This document shows, piece after piece, positions 24,676 through 25,983 of a DNA stretch of 25,983 nt. This DNA is from a virus (lineage: Duplodnaviria; Caudoviricetes). The translations under genes were made by a program, and so were the position numbers. Position 1 is the first letter of the stretch, and the number at the start of each line of letters is the position of its first letter. The stretch covers positions 1 through 25,983 of IMG/VR virus record IMGVR_UViG_3300020044_008930; one strand, 5' to 3'. The notes beneath the pieces are model-generated. The model searched no databases. It worked only from the letters and a program-made list of their open reading frames with translations, and was not told where the DNA came from.

Positions 24676-24723
24676 AATGGGTGATGTGGTTGTGTTTGGG
24701 TTGTTGGTTGGGTTCTCCTCGGC

Positions 24724-25227
24724 TTATGCCTTGGAAATCTTTTGGCGGGCTTGCCAGATGAGAGATTTGTGTTTCTCAAAAAGGGCGGATGCGGCCTTGC
24801 GGTCGCCGGACTCTACGGCGGCGAGATACTCGGCGACGGGGTCGAGGGCTTCCGGTGCGGCATTGGAAATGATGGGAACGACGCGGGCGGCGGAGAGGCC
24901 GAGGCTGCGCTCGAGGCGGGCGAAGGATTCGCGCTCTTCGTTGAGCTCGTCGCGGAGGGTCTCCACTTTGGCGGAGTAGGCTTGGAGGGCGAGGATGGCG
25001 GAGTCGCGCTCGGCTAAGATGGCGTTGTATTTTGCCAAGATCGAATCGGCGGCGGCGAGGGATACGGGGCTGACAATGGGCTGGGGTGTTGCATCTGGTG
25101 CGACTTCGACTTGGTCGGCGGGCGCGATCTCTTCGATGATCTCGATCTCTTCGGCGGGAACGGATTCGCTGACGATGCTATCGGCGATGACTTCTTCGAC
25201 GATCTCGGGTGTGATTTCTATTTCCAT
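24724..25227 (-). CDS. Putative nested scaffolding protein from an internal in-frame start (MEIEITPE...)
   Basis: In-frame ATG at the protease domain boundary with TTTGACA 15 nt upstream, as at other late genes. Confidence 0.5.
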   Translation of the reverse strand: MEIEITPEIVEEVIADSIVSESVPAEEIEIIEEIAPADQVEVAPDATPQPIVSPVSLAAADSILAKYNAILAERDSAILALQAYSAKVETLRDELNEERESFARLERSLGLSAARVVPIISNAAPEALDPVAEYLAAVESGDRKAASALFEKHKSLIWQARQKISKA

Positions 25228-25842
25228 ACGATGTGGCTGGGCTGTCAAATTGGCGGGGGCGTTTTTGAATTTCGCCATTCTGGCGAATTTATTGGAGGAG
25301 GCGGCGAGGGCGAGGGTGTCGGTGATCTCGTCAATGAATCCGGCGGAGAGGGCTTCGGCGGCGGTGAACCATGTCTCGGCGTCCATCCACTCTTGAATCT
25401 GCTCGGGGTCTTGGCCGCTCTTGGCGGCATAGGCTCCGACCATGTTGGACCGGATCTTGTCGAGCAACTCGGCTTGGTCGCGGAGCTCGGCGGCGTCTCC
25501 CATGGCAACGCCCCAGGGATTGTGAATCATGTAAAATCCATTGGCGGCCATCTTGACTGGCATACCGGCGAGGGAGATGACGGTGGCCATGCTGGCGGCG
25601 AGGCCTTCGATCTGGACCTCTACGTTGCCGCGACGCTGGAGGGCGTTGAAGATGGCGTTGCCGTCGAAGACTTCTCCACCTGGGGAGTGGATCTTGAGGA
25701 CGATCTTGTCGGTGGCGGGGATGGCCTTGAGGTCGGTGATGAATTGCTTGGCGCTGATGCCATACATACCGATCTCGTCGAAAATGGAGATTTCGGTTTC
25801 GCTGACCGAGGGCTTCGGAGTGAGGGCATACCAGTTACGCAT
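24724..25842 (-). CDS. ClpP-family head maturation protease fused to a scaffold domain
   Basis: IHSPGGEVFDGNAIFN, IEGLAASMAT, YMIHNPW, MDAETWFTAAEA...GFID; acidic linker and coiled-coil C-terminus. Confidence 0.93.
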   Translation of the reverse strand: MRNWYALTPKPSVSETEISIFDEIGMYGISAKQFITDLKAIPATDKIVLKIHSPGGEVFDGNAIFNALQRRGNVEVQIEGLAASMATVISLAGMPVKMAANGFYMIHNPWGVAMGDAAELRDQAELLDKIRSNMVGAYAAKSGQDPEQIQEWMDAETWFTAAEALSAGFIDEITDTLALAASSNKFARMAKFKNAPANLTAQPHRMEIEITPEIVEEVIADSIVSESVPAEEIEIIEEIAPADQVEVAPDATPQPIVSPVSLAAADSILAKYNAILAERDSAILALQAYSAKVETLRDELNEERESFARLERSLGLSAARVVPIISNAAPEALDPVAEYLAAVESGDRKAASALFEKHKSLIWQARQKISKA

Positions 25843-25983
25843 GTGATTCTGTTTGGTTGTCAAAGGCGGCGTTGCGGATGCGGGCACTGGGGAGGTGCAT
25901 GCGAGCGCACATCCACCGGTAAATGCGGGAATCGATGAAATGGCTGGCGGTGCTCTTGTCGTAGGCGGCGGCGTTGTTCATCT
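25835..25983 (-). CDS. Partial 3' end of an upstream gene of unknown function
   Basis: Frame ...NNAAAYDKSTASHFIDSRIYRWMCAR...ESHA* has strong C/G third positions. Confidence 0.45.
   Translation of the reverse strand, partial: MNNAAAYDKSTASHFIDSRIYRWMCARMHLPSARIRNAAFDNQTESHA

Larger units (their letters stand above)
1..25983. mobile_element. Temperate tailed phage genome fragment (siphovirus-like), apparently in the non-integrated state
   Basis: Capsid, protease, tail, tape measure, lysis, integrase and primase genes in phage order; no host housekeeping genes; phage genes lie on both sides of the putative att core. Confidence 0.95.

Noticed and set aside
24724-25842. Host clpP gene
   Set aside because: Fused to a scaffold-like tail and directly upstream of the capsid gene, so it is a phage prohead protease
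25111-25938. 275-aa plus-strand ORF
   Set aside because: Antisense shadow of the ClpP-like protease gene

Overview
The whole window is part of a GC-rich temperate tailed phage (siphovirus-like: tape measure, tail tube paralogues, no sheath gene seen). From the right end the minus strand carries the late region: ClpP-type head protease/scaffold, major capsid, head-tail connectors, two tail-tube-like paralogues, a tail chaperone with a -1 frameshift, tape measure, about 10 kb of modular tail/fibre/receptor-binding genes with AT-rich swapped blocks, then a lysis cassette (holin-like genes, lipoprotein, M15 endolysin). A divergent pair of related ribbon-helix-helix genes at 5536-6111 looks like the lysis/lysogeny switch. 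A leftward early operon runs past a plus-strand tyrosine integrase and a putative intact attP, whose core resembles the 5' end of a tRNA-Gln, to a primase. The first ~855 bp (helicase fragment) appear to be inverted, possibly an assembly or amplification chimera. Most notable: the 5'-tRNA-type attP with arm repeats, the twin-RHH switch, a recurrent TTTGACA element mostly 13-26 nt before late start codons, and repeat-bounded fibre cassettes with shared docking motifs. All family calls come from recognising motifs by eye, not from database searches. A Verrucomicrobia/PVC-type host is only a weak guess.
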